A stretch of DNA of 64,000 nucleotides from an uncultured beta proteobacterium. GTDB taxonomy: Bacteria > Pseudomonadota > Gammaproteobacteria > Burkholderiales > Casimicrobiaceae. How positions within the stretch are numbered: the first letter of the stretch is position 1; the number at the start of each line of letters is the position of its first letter. A program made the position numbers and the translations under genes. Below, piece by piece: positions 48,110 to 56,476 of this stretch. The stretch spans positions 132,864-196,863 of the forward strand of contig CAWBZT010000005.1 in NCBI GenBank assembly GCA_963793355.1, written 5' to 3'. The notes under the pieces are model-generated. The model saw nothing but the letters and a program-made list of their open reading frames with translations. It had not been told where the DNA came from and did no database searches.

Positions 48110-49429
48110 ATGCTCGCCCCCGTGGACTTCGGCCGCATCGAACAGGCGCTCGCGGCGCCGCCGGGCTGGATCGAGCTCGGGCTCCTCGCCGTCTGCCTCG
48201 GCGTCGCGTGGCTCGCCGAGCGGCGCGCGATCGCGGCGCGCGGGCCTGCCGTCGCGGACGCCGCGCAGCGGCACCGGCTGCACGCGAGCTTCGCGCGGGT
48301 CGTGTTTCCGGCCACGGCGCTGGCGCTGGTGCTGCTCGCCACCGCGCTCTACCGCCGCCATGTCGGCCCGCCGTTCTTCCTCGCGGTCGCCGCGCCGCTG
48401 CTGATCGCGCTGGCGGCGATCCGGATGATCTTCTACGGACTGCGGCGGCTCTTCCGCGCGCAGACCTGGCTGCCGACGTCGGAGCGCGCCATCGGCTTCG
48501 CCGTCTGGGCGCTCGTCGTGCTGTATTTCCTCGGCGTGCTGCCGGAGATCGCGACGGCGCTCAACGACGTCCAGCTGCCGGTCGGCAGCTCGCGCATCTC
48601 GCTGATGGCGATCGGCAGCGCGTGCATCGTCGTCGTCTTCACGCTGATCGTCACGCTGTGGATCTCCGGCCTGATCGAGCAGCGCCTGACCCACGCGACG
48701 CAGCTCGACGTGAACGTTCGCGTGGTGCTCGCCAAGTTCGTGCGCGCGATGCTGCTGCTCGTCGCCGTGCTGATCGCGCTGTCGGCGATCGGCTTCGACC
48801 TCACGCTGCTGTCGGTGTTCGGCGGCGCGCTCGGCGTCGGCATCGGCCTCGGGCTGCAGAAACTCGCGTCGAACTACATCGCCGGCTTCACGATCCTGCT
48901 CGACCGCTCGATCCGCCTGGGCGACATGGTCACCGTCGACGGGCGGATGGGCTCGGTATCCCGGGTCACGTCGCGCTACGTGGTGGTGCGCAGCCTCGAC
49001 GGCGTCGAGGCGATCGTGCCCAACGAGACGCTGGTGACGACGACCGTGCTCAACCACTCGTATTCGACGCGCAACATCCGCCTCGCGATGCCGGTGCAGG
49101 TGTCCTACGACAGCGACGTCGAGAAGGCGCTGGCGCTGATGGAGGGGATCGCGCGCGCGACCCCGCGCGTCCTGCTCGAGCCGCACCCGCCCGCAGCGTT
49201 CCTGGCGAGCTTCGGCGACAACGGCATCAACCTCGAACTGGGCCTGTGGATCAACGACCCCGAGAACGGTCAGGGGAACCTGCGCAGCGAGATCAACCGC
49301 GCGCTCCTGAAGGCGTTCGGCGAAAACGGCATCCGCCTGCCCTACCCGCAGCGCGACGTGCGGATCGTCGGGGTCCCGCCGGGGCTTCGGGTGCCCCCGG
49401 AGGCGGGCGCCCAGGCTGGCAATCGGTAA
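48110..49429 (+). CDS. MscS-family mechanosensitive channel
   Basis: GGALGVGIGLGLQKLASNYIAG, IVPNE and PYPQRDV. Confidence 0.92.
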   Translation: MLAPVDFGRIEQALAAPPGWIELGLLAVCLGVAWLAERRAIAARGPAVADAAQRHRLHASFARVVFPATALALVLLATALYRRHVGPPFFLAVAAPLLIALAAIRMIFYGLRRLFRAQTWLPTSERAIGFAVWALVVLYFLGVLPEIATALNDVQLPVGSSRISLMAIGSACIVVVFTLIVTLWISGLIEQRLTHATQLDVNVRVVLAKFVRAMLLLVAVLIALSAIGFDLTLLSVFGGALGVGIGLGLQKLASNYIAGFTILLDRSIRLGDMVTVDGRMGSVSRVTSRYVVVRSLDGVEAIVPNETLVTTTVLNHSYSTRNIRLAMPVQVSYDSDVEKALALMEGIARATPRVLLEPHPPAAFLASFGDNGINLELGLWINDPENGQGNLRSEINRALLKAFGENGIRLPYPQRDVRIVGVPPGLRVPPEAGAQAGNR

Positions 49430-49532
49430 GGGGAAGCGCCATATCGGTAGAACGTACGATCGCGTACAATCCAAGGTTCGCTCGAATAAGCCTGATGCCG
49501 GCATGGCCTTAGGCTATAACTACGGAAACTCA

Positions 49533-50738
49533 ATGACTTACGACTTGCTGTCCTTCCTCTCCAACGGCCTGGTTCCCATGCCCTGGTGGGGCTATGTCGT
49601 GTTCGCCCTGGTCGTGACGCACATCACGATCGCCGCGGTCACGATCTTCCTGCACCGGTCGCAGGCCCATCGCGGGCTCGACCTGCACCCGGTCGTCAGC
49701 CATTTCTTCCGTTTCTGGCTCTGGCTCACCACCGGCATGATCACCAAGGAGTGGGTGGCCATCCATCGCAAGCACCACGCGAAGGTCGAGACGCCGGACG
49801 ACCCGCACAGCCCGCAGACGCGCGGCATCTCGACGGTGCTCCTGCGCGGGACCGAGCTGTACCGCGCCGAGTCCGTGAACGCCGAGACGCTGGCCAAGTA
49901 CGGCCACGGCACGCCGGACGACTGGGTCGAGCGCAACGTCTATTCGCGCTTCGGCTGGCAGGGCGTGGGCCTGATGCTCGCCGTCAACCTGTTCCTGTTC
50001 GGACCGATCGGCGCCACGATCTGGGCGGTGCAGATGATGTGGATCCCGGTGACCGCCGCCGGCGTCATCAACGGCATCGGCCACTACTGGGGCTACCGCA
50101 ATTTCGCGTGCCGCGACGCGTCGACCAACATCGTGCCCTGGGGCATCCTGATCGGCGGCGAGGAGCTGCACAACAACCACCACGCGTACGGGACGTCGGC
50201 CAAGCTCTCGTCGCGCTGGTACGAGTTCGACATCGGCTGGCTGTACATCCGCACGCTGGCGGCGTTCCGGCTGGCGACGGTGCGCAAGGTGGCGCCGCAG
50301 CTCAAGCTCGACCGCGCCAAGACCATGCCGGACCTGGCGACGCTGCAGGCGGTGATCACGCATCGCTATGCGGTGGTGACGAACTACGCGCACTCGCTCA
50401 AGGTCGCGTGCGCCGAGGAGCTCGTCAAGCTGCGCGAGCGCCATCGCCGCGACCGCAGCGGCCGCACGCCGAGCCTGCGCACGATCAAGGGCTGGCTGCT
50501 CGCCGACCCCGCGACTCTTTCCGCCGCCGACCGCGCGCAGCTCGACGAGGTGCTCGCGCACAGCAAGGTGCTGTCGCAGGTGTACGCGATGCGCCTCGAG
50601 CTGGCGGCGCTGTGGGAGCGCTCCACCGAATCGTCCGAGCAGCTGCTCGCCCGGCTGCAGGACTGGTGCCACCGCGCCGAGGCGTCGGGGATTCCGCCGC
50701 TCGCGCAGTTCTCGCTCAAGCTGCGGCGCTACGCCTGA
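49533..50738 (+). CDS. fatty acid (delta-9 acyl-CoA) desaturase, DesA-like
   Basis: His boxes HRSQAH, HRKHH and HNNHH. Confidence 0.93.
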   Translation: MTYDLLSFLSNGLVPMPWWGYVVFALVVTHITIAAVTIFLHRSQAHRGLDLHPVVSHFFRFWLWLTTGMITKEWVAIHRKHHAKVETPDDPHSPQTRGISTVLLRGTELYRAESVNAETLAKYGHGTPDDWVERNVYSRFGWQGVGLMLAVNLFLFGPIGATIWAVQMMWIPVTAAGVINGIGHYWGYRNFACRDASTNIVPWGILIGGEELHNNHHAYGTSAKLSSRWYEFDIGWLYIRTLAAFRLATVRKVAPQLKLDRAKTMPDLATLQAVITHRYAVVTNYAHSLKVACAEELVKLRERHRRDRSGRTPSLRTIKGWLLADPATLSAADRAQLDEVLAHSKVLSQVYAMRLELAALWERSTESSEQLLARLQDWCHRAEASGIPPLAQFSLKLRRYA

Positions 50739-50826
50739 GACGACGCGGCGCCTCGACACGGGGCGCCGCCCGACATCCGGCAGCGCCCGTAGCAGGACCC
50801 GGCGCACCCCGCTCGTTTCTGCCCCG

Positions 50827-51924
50827 CTAGCGCTGTTGCTCCGCGGTGATCGGCGCGGCGCCGCCGCGGCGCCACGCCTTGCGCATCAGATGCGGCACCA
50901 GCAGGTGCGGCGGCATCCGCAGCCAGTGTGACCGTACGTACATCAGCCAGACCAGCCCCCGGTTGGCGCGCGGCCAGCGGCGCGCGTCGACCGGCGCCAG
51001 CAGCGTCGCCAGCGCCCACTTCATCCACCGGTCGACCGGCCAGGGGGGTCCCTCGCGGTCCAGCCGCGCGGCCAGGCTGGAGGGCACGGGCGTGCGCAGG
51101 ACGCGCGCGCAGGTGGCGACGGCGTAGTGAAGCGGGCGCGTGAGCCCCTGCGCGCGCGCGACGTCCTCCAGCTCCGTCCAGAAGCCTTCCGCCGCGCCGA
51201 ACGTCACGAACATCTCGTTCAGGTCGACGAGATCGCGAAAGCGCGTGTCGAAATCGGAATCGAAGAACAGGTGCACCGCCGCGTGCAGCACGCTGTCGAC
51301 GGGCGACAGCACGCGGATGCCGGCGATCGGGCTCGCGACCGCACCGGCCCAGAAGCGCGCGGGGTCGGGCCGCAGCCGGCTGACCGGCGGGCAGATCGTG
51401 TGGTGGACGTCTACCGACAGCAGCCGGTTGGGAAACTGCAGCGGCGGGATCTCGTGCGACCAGCGCCGGTAGTACGCCTGGTCGTAGGGATCGAGCTTCG
51501 TGTGCTTCCAGCCACCGGCGAGCAGCAGGCGCTCGGCGTCGTCGATGCGCCCGGCCGGCACCATGATGTCGACGTCCGACAGCAGGCGCGTCGCCGCGTG
51601 CGGAAGTCCGCGCAGCAGGTACGCGGCCCCCTTGAGCGCGATCACGGGAATGCCGGCGGGCTCGAGCACGCGCCGCGTGCGGTCGAGCTCGAAGCGCGCG
51701 AGCTGCGCGAGCCGGCCGGCCGCCGTCTGCGCGGACAGCATCGCTTCGCGCACCGCCTCGGGCACGTCGTCGATGACGCCCGCCGTCGCGCAGCGATGCG
51801 CGAGGTAGGCCAGCACCGTGTTGCGGCGCGCGCAGGCGAGCAGCGATTCCCACTCGGCCGGCGCGACCTCGCGCAGCGCCGCCGGCGCGAGGATCGCCTC
51901 GACGAGGCGCTGCTGCGGCGTCAT
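50827..51924 (-). CDS. nucleotidyltransferase family protein (NTP_transf_5-like)
   Basis: IALKGAAY...RLLSDVDIMV and VDVHH. ATG at 51924 overlaps the kinase stop. Confidence 0.85.
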   Translation of the reverse strand: MTPQQRLVEAILAPAALREVAPAEWESLLACARRNTVLAYLAHRCATAGVIDDVPEAVREAMLSAQTAAGRLAQLARFELDRTRRVLEPAGIPVIALKGAAYLLRGLPHAATRLLSDVDIMVPAGRIDDAERLLLAGGWKHTKLDPYDQAYYRRWSHEIPPLQFPNRLLSVDVHHTICPPVSRLRPDPARFWAGAVASPIAGIRVLSPVDSVLHAAVHLFFDSDFDTRFRDLVDLNEMFVTFGAAEGFWTELEDVARAQGLTRPLHYAVATCARVLRTPVPSSLAARLDREGPPWPVDRWMKWALATLLAPVDARRWPRANRGLVWLMYVRSHWLRMPPHLLVPHLMRKAWRRGGAAPITAEQQR

Positions 51925-52835
51925 GGCGTCGCGGCGTCCTGCAGCAGCGCGTCGAGCGCCGCGTGCGCCGCATCGAGGTCGCCGTAGCGGAGCATCCGGC
52001 ACGGGGCGCGGCGCACGATCGCGGCGACGGTGCGAAAGGCCCGCTCGCCGACGATCTCGTAGTTGAACGAGTTGCCGGCGAGCTTGAGAAAGGCGGTCGC
52101 CGGCTCGAGCGCCTGCAGCGTCGCCGGCGCGCCCGCCTGGAAATCGGGAAACACGATGGCCGCGATCGCGGCGGACTCGTGCGCCCGCGCCACGCTGTCC
52201 GCGCTCGGGCGCACGTGCGCGACGTCGCCCTTGCGCGTGCCGCGGAACACGGGACCGATGTAGCCGTCGGGGGCGAACGCGCGCATGACGTCGATCGACG
52301 CATTCTTGAGCGCAGCCGGACGGACGAACGGATGCACGCGGGCCTCGCCCAGCGTCGCGACGCCGAATTCGTCCGACAGGAAGCGCCAGCCGCGCATCAT
52401 CAGCGAGACCGCGAGCGTGCTCTTGCCCGACCCCGGCCATGCCGGCAGCAGCACCGCGCGGCCGCCGCGCTCGACCACCGCCGCGTGCAGCAGCAGGCGC
52501 TCGTGCATCCGGTGGCTGAACACCCAGTTGACGCCCCACTCGAACATCGGCAGCGCGTGCGCGAGCGGAAACGGCTCGAACGGCGTGACGCCGTCGACGA
52601 CGAACTGCACTTCCGGGCGCAGCCGCGCGCGCCAGCCGGGCACGCGCACGAGGCGCGCGTCGACGTCGGCGTAGCCGGCGGTCGGGGCGAGGCGGAAGTC
52701 GCGGTACAGCGCGTGGAGCTGGTCGGCGAAAAACGGCAGCGTCGAGCGCACGCGCACGACGAACGGCGGGATGACGAGCGACAGGCCGTCGGCCGCCAGC
52801 CGGTCGCGCACCTCGGGGGCACGCAGCGCGGCCAT
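51921..52835 (-). CDS. HprK-related kinase A
   Basis: FEWGVNW, LLLHAAVV, PAWPGSGKST Walker A, FLSDE, LKNASI and NSFNY. Start uncertain (52835, 52871 or 52905). Confidence 0.85.
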   Translation of the reverse strand: MAALRAPEVRDRLAADGLSLVIPPFVVRVRSTLPFFADQLHALYRDFRLAPTAGYADVDARLVRVPGWRARLRPEVQFVVDGVTPFEPFPLAHALPMFEWGVNWVFSHRMHERLLLHAAVVERGGRAVLLPAWPGSGKSTLAVSLMMRGWRFLSDEFGVATLGEARVHPFVRPAALKNASIDVMRAFAPDGYIGPVFRGTRKGDVAHVRPSADSVARAHESAAIAAIVFPDFQAGAPATLQALEPATAFLKLAGNSFNYEIVGERAFRTVAAIVRRAPCRMLRYGDLDAAHAALDALLQDAATP

Positions 52836-52901
52836 CGTGCCCGCGGCGTCGACACCGGGCGGCGCGCGCAAGCGCGACGGGGGCCGCGTGCAGCGCCGAG
52901 G

Positions 52902-53234
52902 TCATCGCGCGGCCGTCACCAGGTCGAGGTTCTCGAGCTGCTGCAAAAGCTCGACGACGTCGTCCAGGGCGAGCGCGTCGGCGCGAATGCCCGTGCGCGC
53001 GAGCAGCGCGTGGTAGAGCTCGGCGCTGGTCAGGCCCGGCGAGTCCGTGATCGCCGCCAGCGCCTCGGCGGCGGTGACGCTCATCAGATGCGTCGAGCCG
53101 ACCAGCGCGTCGAACATCACGATGCCGTCGTCGAAATCCTCGAAGACGAGGCGCTGGCCGGCCGGCAGCCGCCAGCGCAGCGTCGGGTCCGCGGCGTCTC
53201 GATCCGGGGGCGTGGCGGCCGGTGGGGCGGTCAT
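52902..53234 (-). CDS. PqqD/RRE-family peptide-binding protein
   Basis: FEDFDDGIVMFDALVGSTHLMS three-strand wing plus helices ending LQQLENLDLV; adjacent to the HprK-related kinase. Confidence 0.8.
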   Translation of the reverse strand: MTAPPAATPPDRDAADPTLRWRLPAGQRLVFEDFDDGIVMFDALVGSTHLMSVTAAEALAAITDSPGLTSAELYHALLARTGIRADALALDDVVELLQQLENLDLVTAAR

Positions 53235-53240
53235 GAAAGC

Positions 53241-53270
53241 GAAAAAGCGCGGAAAGGTCCGCGCTTTTCA
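53241..53270 (-). terminator. intra-operon terminator-like hairpin
   Basis: Minus strand AAAAGCGCGGA-cctt-TCCGCGCTTTTT, ending a few nt before the PqqD ATG. Confidence 0.75.
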
Positions 53271-53295
53271 GGATGGCCGAGCCGGGGCCGCGGCG

Positions 53296-53880
53296 TCAAC
53301 CGAGCAGCTTGGAATTGACGATGAGTCCGGTGGAAACCGCGCAGCCGTAAGTCGCGGCGTACAGCGTCGGGCTGCCGTTGGGGTCGAGCGTCATCACCTG
53401 GCCGTCCTTGTCGACGTAGACCAGGCCGTAGTATGGCGTGTTCTCGACGTTGTCCACCTTCTGGCCGGCTCCCGCGGTGAAACGGGCGCCGTCGCTGCGG
53501 ACCCATACGCTGCCGTCAGCCCCGCCACCCTTCTGGAAGTCGACGCAGGACGCCGACTTCGACGTGTCGCCGGAAACGCAGTAGGCCGGCTGGCCGCTGT
53601 ACGGGCCGGTCTTCATCTCGCCGTTGAACACCGGCTTGCGCAGCCATTGATCCTTGGTCGTGGAAAAGCGCTGCGGCGGCGTGGTGCTGGTGTTGGTCAG
53701 GCAGGACGTGCCGCTGGCCGCCGCGAGCGCGGCGCCGCTCGAAAGCGTCAGAACGCTGGGCACGATCGCGCCCGCACGCAACAGTCGCCGCCGTGCCGCG
53801 CTCGGAATCTCCAAGCGTTTGTCGTCGACAACTTGTAGTGCGCTTACGGGAAGGTCAGGTCGCGGCGAATCTTCTGACAC
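53296..53880 (-). CDS. hypothetical exported protein with twin-arginine-like leader (candidate substrate of the RRE/kinase/NTase cassette)
   Basis: GAGG-N5-GTG start at 53880; ARRRLLRAGAIVPSVLTLSSGAALA leader; 4 Cys; Ser/Thr-rich. Confidence 0.75.
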   Translation of the reverse strand: MSEDSPRPDLPVSALQVVDDKRLEIPSAARRRLLRAGAIVPSVLTLSSGAALAAASGTSCLTNTSTTPPQRFSTTKDQWLRKPVFNGEMKTGPYSGQPAYCVSGDTSKSASCVDFQKGGGADGSVWVRSDGARFTAGAGQKVDNVENTPYYGLVYVDKDGQVMTLDPNGSPTLYAATYGCAVSTGLIVNSKLLG

Positions 53881-53903
53881 TTTGGCCTCTCGGACAGCTA
53901 AGC

Positions 53904-53919
53904 AGCAAATGTCGTGCCC
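53904..53919 (-). promoter_or_regulatory. sigma54 (-24/-12) promoter
   Basis: Minus strand GGGCACGACATTTGCT matches TGGCACG-N4-TTGCW with exact GG-N10-GC spacing, about 25 bp upstream of the start codon. Confidence 0.78.
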
Positions 53920-54002
53920 CGAATAATCAGGGACCGATTCCCCCCTTAAACCAATAGGTTCGGCGTTCCGCTCCGACAGAAAAGGCCGCAAAAACCGGCC
54001 GT

Positions 54003-54019
54003 TGTAAATATTGCCGACA
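54003..54019. promoter_or_regulatory. palindromic enhancer-like site TGT-N11-ACA
   Basis: TGTAAATATTGCCGACA, about 85 bp upstream of the sigma54 -24 element. Confidence 0.55.
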
Positions 54020-54102
54020 TTCGCTTTTGCCGCCCATCCGTTGAAGTCGACAACCGCACCTGACAACCGAAGGCCGAGCGCGGCGCTGCGCCCGTCCGCA
54101 CC

Positions 54103-54258
54103 CTACTTCAGTTTCGCTTCCTTGTACTTCACATGCTTCCGCGCGACGGGGTCGAATTTCATGATTTCCATCTTGTCGGGCATGTTCTTCTTGTTCTTGT
54201 CCGTCGTGTAGAAGTGGCCCGTGCCGGCCGTCGATTCCAGCTTGATCTTTTCGCGCAT
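54103..54258 (-). CDS. rpmG: 50S ribosomal protein L33
   Basis: Manual translation [51 protein letters not shown] (below the ORF-track cutoff). Confidence 0.97.
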   Translation of the reverse strand: MREKIKLESTAGTGHFYTTDKNKKNMPDKMEIMKFDPVARKHVKYKEAKLK

Positions 54259-54282
54259 GAAATGGTCTCCGAAAGCCGAACG

Positions 54283-54519
54283 TCAGGCGTGCTCGCCCTT
54301 GGCGCGCAGCTGCGCCAGGACTTCGTCGATGCCGTTCTTGTCGATGGTGCGCAGCGCGTTCGTCGTGAGCCGCAGGCTGATCCAGCGGTTCTCGCTCTCG
54401 ACCCAGAAGCGGCGGCGCTGCAGGTTGGGCAGGAAGCGCCGCTTGGTGCGGTTGTTCGCGTGCGAAACGTTGTTGCCCACCATGGGCTTCTTGCCGGTGA
54501 TTTCACAGACTCGAGCCAT
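54283..54519 (-). CDS. rpmB: 50S ribosomal protein L28
   Basis: [34 protein letters not shown]. Confidence 0.98.
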   Translation of the reverse strand: MARVCEITGKKPMVGNNVSHANNRTKRRFLPNLQRRRFWVESENRWISLRLTTNALRTIDKNGIDEVLAQLRAKGEHA

Positions 54520-54606
54520 CGCTCGCTCCTTCGACTATTGGTGTCGCCGCGCGGGTGAAATGTTCCCGGAAGCTCCCCGGGACGCCGGTGCGCAGCAAAG
54601 CCATGA

Positions 54607-54635
54607 ATTATCGCCGTTTTCGGGGTGGGGATCAA
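54607..54635 (-). promoter_or_regulatory. sigma70 promoter of rpmB-rpmG
   Basis: Minus strand TTGATC-N17-GATAAT. Confidence 0.6.
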
Positions 54636-54679
54636 GGCCTTTTGGCAGGCGGCCCGAACCGCTGCCGTGCGGCGGAGCG

Positions 54680-55355
54680 TCACAGCAGCCCCCGCTCGGC
54701 GAACGACATGACGCGGCTGCCCGCGACCACGAAGTGGTCGAGGGTGCGGATGTCGACCAGGGCGAGCGCCTGCTTGAGCGACTGCGTGAGGAGCTCGTCG
54801 GCGCGCGAGGGCTCGGCCACGCCGGACGGGTGGTTGTGCGCGAAGATCGCCGCCGCCGCATTGTGCGCCAGCGCGGCCTTGACGACCTCGCGCGGGTAGA
54901 CGGACGTCTGTGCCAGCGTGCCGCGGAAGAGCTCGTCGGCGGCGAGCAGCCGGTGCTGGCTGTCGAGGAACAGCACGACGAAGGTTTCGTGCGGCAGGTG
55001 GGCGATCAGCGACTTCAGGTAGTCGCGAACCGTTTGCGGGGACGTGAGCGCCGCGCCGCGGCGCATCTCCTCGGCCAGCGCGCGGCGCGAGAGCTCGACG
55101 CCGGCCTTGAGCTGGGCGGCCTTGCCGGGGCCGAGGCCGCGAACGACACGAGCGCCTCGACGGGCGCGTCGAAAATGGCCGCAAGCGACCGCGTAGCGGG
55201 CAAGCAGATCTCGCGCGCAACATCGACCGCCGGGCGCGCCGCGCGTGCCGGTAGCGCGAGCACCCGGCGAGCAGCTCGGCGTCGGTCAGCGCGGCGGCGC
55301 CGCGGGTGAGGAGGCGTTCGCGGGGGCGTTCTGGGTGCGCGATCCACGTTGTCAT
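54680..55355 (-). pseudogene. radC: RadC/JAB-domain protein, frameshifted in the N-terminal half (pseudogene or sequence error)
   Basis: N-terminal [22 protein letters not shown] and C-terminal [14 protein letters not shown]...LDHFVV lie in different frames. Confidence 0.8.
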
Positions 55356-55393
55356 GGCGCAGCCACTTTAGGCGCTACACATGCCCGCCCCAA

Positions 55394-56374
55394 TCAGCCA
55401 CTCGGACGATGCTGCTCCCAGCGCCAGGCGCTCTCGAGAATCTCCCTCAAGCTGCTTTGTGCAGGCTGCCAGCCGAACAGCGCCCGGGCCCGCTCGATGT
55501 TCGCCACCAGGACGGGGGAATCGCCGGGACGGCAGGCGGACACACGGCGCTCGATCGCACGGCCGGTCACGTGCTCGGCGGCGGCGATAACCTCGAGGAC
55601 GCTATGCCCTTTGCCACCGCCGATATTGACCGCAACGCTTTCACCGCCGGACCACAGATACTGGAGCGCAGCCAGGTGCGCGCGACACAGGTCCACGACG
55701 TGAACGTAATCACGCACACAGGTACCGTCGGACGTGGGGTAGTTGTCGCCGAAGATCTCCATCGGCGACCCCGCGCGGGCGGCACGCAGCGCGTTCGGAA
55801 TCAGATGCGTTTCAGGTTCGTGTGCTTCGCCGACAGTCCCGCGTTCCGAAGCGCCGGCGGCGTTGAAGTAGCGAAGCGAGACACTGCGCACGCCGTAGGC
55901 AGCGCGAAAATCGACGAGCATCTGCTCGCCGATGAGCTTCGTGCGCCCGTAGGGAGTGATCGGCGCGCATGCGTGCGTTTCGTCGATCGGCGATTGGAGC
56001 GGGTCGCCATAGACCGCGGCGCTCGACGAGAACACCACCGGCGGCGTGCCGTGATGCCGTATCGCATCGAGCAGATTGAGCATCCCGGTTACGTTGTGTT
56101 CGTAATAGGGCGCCGGGCTGCGCGCCGACTCGCTTGCGACAATCAGTCCTGCGAGTTGCATCACCGCATCGAACTCACGCGATGCGAAGAGTTTCTTCAG
56201 ATCTTGGGGGCTGCGCAGGTCCCCGACCACGAGTTCGCCCCACCGCACGTTCGCCCGCCGGCCGCCGATCAGGCTGTCAAATGCGACGACCTCGATGCCC
56301 TCCGACGCGAGCCGTTCGCAGATATGGGAGCCGAGGTAACCAGCGCCACCGCATACGAGTACTCTGTTACCCAT
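55394..56374 (-). CDS. galE: UDP-glucose 4-epimerase
   Basis: GGAGYLGSH, FSSSAAVYG, YGRTK, LRYFNAAG and DGTCVRDYVHV. Confidence 0.88.
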   Translation of the reverse strand: MGNRVLVCGGAGYLGSHICERLASEGIEVVAFDSLIGGRRANVRWGELVVGDLRSPQDLKKLFASREFDAVMQLAGLIVASESARSPAPYYEHNVTGMLNLLDAIRHHGTPPVVFSSSAAVYGDPLQSPIDETHACAPITPYGRTKLIGEQMLVDFRAAYGVRSVSLRYFNAAGASERGTVGEAHEPETHLIPNALRAARAGSPMEIFGDNYPTSDGTCVRDYVHVVDLCRAHLAALQYLWSGGESVAVNIGGGKGHSVLEVIAAAEHVTGRAIERRVSACRPGDSPVLVANIERARALFGWQPAQSSLREILESAWRWEQHRPSG

Positions 56375-56476
56375 CGCCCGGCGCTCTCCGGCCCGCAACA
56401 TTCCGAATATCGCACACGCTGGAGTCAGTCGGATCGCGTCTTCGGTCCAGATCCAGAGAACGGCTGGAACGGCAAC

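Noticed and set aside
50827-52905. 692-aa single ORF as a large fusion protein
   Set aside because: The N-terminal half is an off-frame overlap of the kinase gene; the NTase begins at the coupled ATG at 51924.
50827-53880. Canonical lasso peptide gene cluster
   Set aside because: No asparagine-synthetase-like cyclase, no transglutaminase-like B2 peptidase and no short precursor ORF found in the window.
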